A DNA stretch of 64,000 nt from the human T2T-CHM13v2.0 reference genome, Homo sapiens. The notes below the pieces were generated by a model. The model did not search any database. It had not been told where the DNA came from and saw nothing but the letters and a program-made list of their open reading frames with translations. A program made the translations under genes and the position numbers. The DNA lies in assembly GCF_009914755.1 (NCBI RefSeq), contig NC_060943.1; one strand, given 5' to 3'. Shown piece by piece: positions 62,801 to 64,000 of this stretch. Each line of letters begins with the position of its first letter. Position 1 is the stretch's first letter.

Positions 62801-64000
62801 TGATCCCTGAGAAGAGAAACAAAATGAGTCTTATTGTCCAGGCTGCTTGGCTGGATTTAATTTATAGGAAGGGAAGCCCAAACAGCCCAGCAATCCTGCT
62901 GAGTTGCAGAGACGGAGACTGGTGATCAGGCAGGCCAACATGGCTGGAATTTGGGGGATAGAGTGCCTGAGAGGAGGGAGCTGCAAAGAGAGGGAGGATT
63001 CAGAAACCGGTGGTCCCCTTGAGTCTTTGGCTGAATATCAATCTGTGCATGCATGGGGTGAAACTCTGTGGGGCTGGACAAGAGCAACTTTCAAGGAGAA
63101 AACAATTCTTAGAGTTGACACAGGGCTGAGAGTCTTTTGAGCTCCCTGCAGCCAGAGTAGAAAGATTTCATTGAATACATGAGACATTCAGTAGAGACCC
63201 AAAAGTGTAACATACTAGAAATAGGATTAAGTTAGCCCTAGAATAAAGGCAATGCTAAAGCTGCACTAAAAAAGCTTAAAAACAGGCCTAGAAGTATCAA
63301 AGTAATTCACAAGTAACCTAACTAGATTCCAGAAAAAGTTTATAAATACTCTGTAAAAAAATATATTCAGCAATGTAAACAATGTCTGTTATGTAATTTT
63401 TTTTTTTTTCTTGAGACAGAGTCTCACTCTGTCACCCAGGCTGGAGTGCAGTGGTGTGATCTTGGCCACTCCCGGGTTCAAGTGATTCTCCTGCCTCAGC
63501 TTCCTGAGTAGTTGGGATTACAGGCACCTGCCAGCACGCCTGACTAATGTTTGTATTTTTAGTAGAGATGAGGTTTCACCACGTTGGCAGGTTGGCCTTG
63601 AACTCCTGACCTCAGGTGACCTGCCCACCTCGCCCACCCAAGGTGCTGGGATTACAGGCATGAGCCACTGTGCCCGGCCTATTACATAATTTTTTAAAAA
63701 AATACCAGGTTGGGCACGGTGGCTCACACCTGTAATCCCAGCATTTTAGGAGGCTGAGGTGGGCGGATTGCTTGAGGCCAGGAGTTCAAGGACAACCTGG
63801 CCAACATGGCAATACCCCGTCTCTACTAAAAATACAAAAATTAGCTGGGTGTGATAGCACACGCCTGTGATCCCAGCTACTTGGGAGGCTGAGGCACGAG
63901 AATCGTTGGAATCCAGGAGGTGGAGGTCGCAGTGAACCGAGATCACCACTGCACTCTGGCCTGGGCAACAAAGCAAGACTCTTGCCTCAAAAAAAAAGGA

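Overview
Human/primate genomic DNA, GC- and Alu-rich, recognisable as the chr19q13.2 RABAC1-ATP1A3-GRIK5 locus. All three genes lie in tandem on the minus strand: complete RABAC1 (5 coding exons, 185 aa, CDS 14675->12229), complete ATP1A3 (23 exons, 1013 aa, CDS 49438->22300, plus an alternative first coding exon and an alternative exon-2 acceptor), and the last five coding exons of GRIK5 (62173->54233). Exon boundaries were read by hand from GT/AG sites, and lengths and phases sum to intact reading frames. Most interesting: (1) a candidate alternative GRIK5 terminal exon (57908->57477) whose last ~68 codons are in frame with a fossil LINE-2 reverse transcriptase and which replaces the RRRRR ER-retention tail; (2) a ~7 kb degenerate ~35-bp tandem array with a local A/B higher-order dimer at the window start; (3) five MSR1-type minisatellite arrays in ATP1A3 introns; (4) regulatory motifs between GRIK5 and ATP1A3 (twin RFX X-boxes, a divergent REST half-site pair, repeated ACAAGGTCA sites, a candidate upstream exon); (5) a non-canonical ATP1A3 poly(A) signal upstream of RABAC1. 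Repeat subfamily names and repeat boundaries are by eye and approximate.
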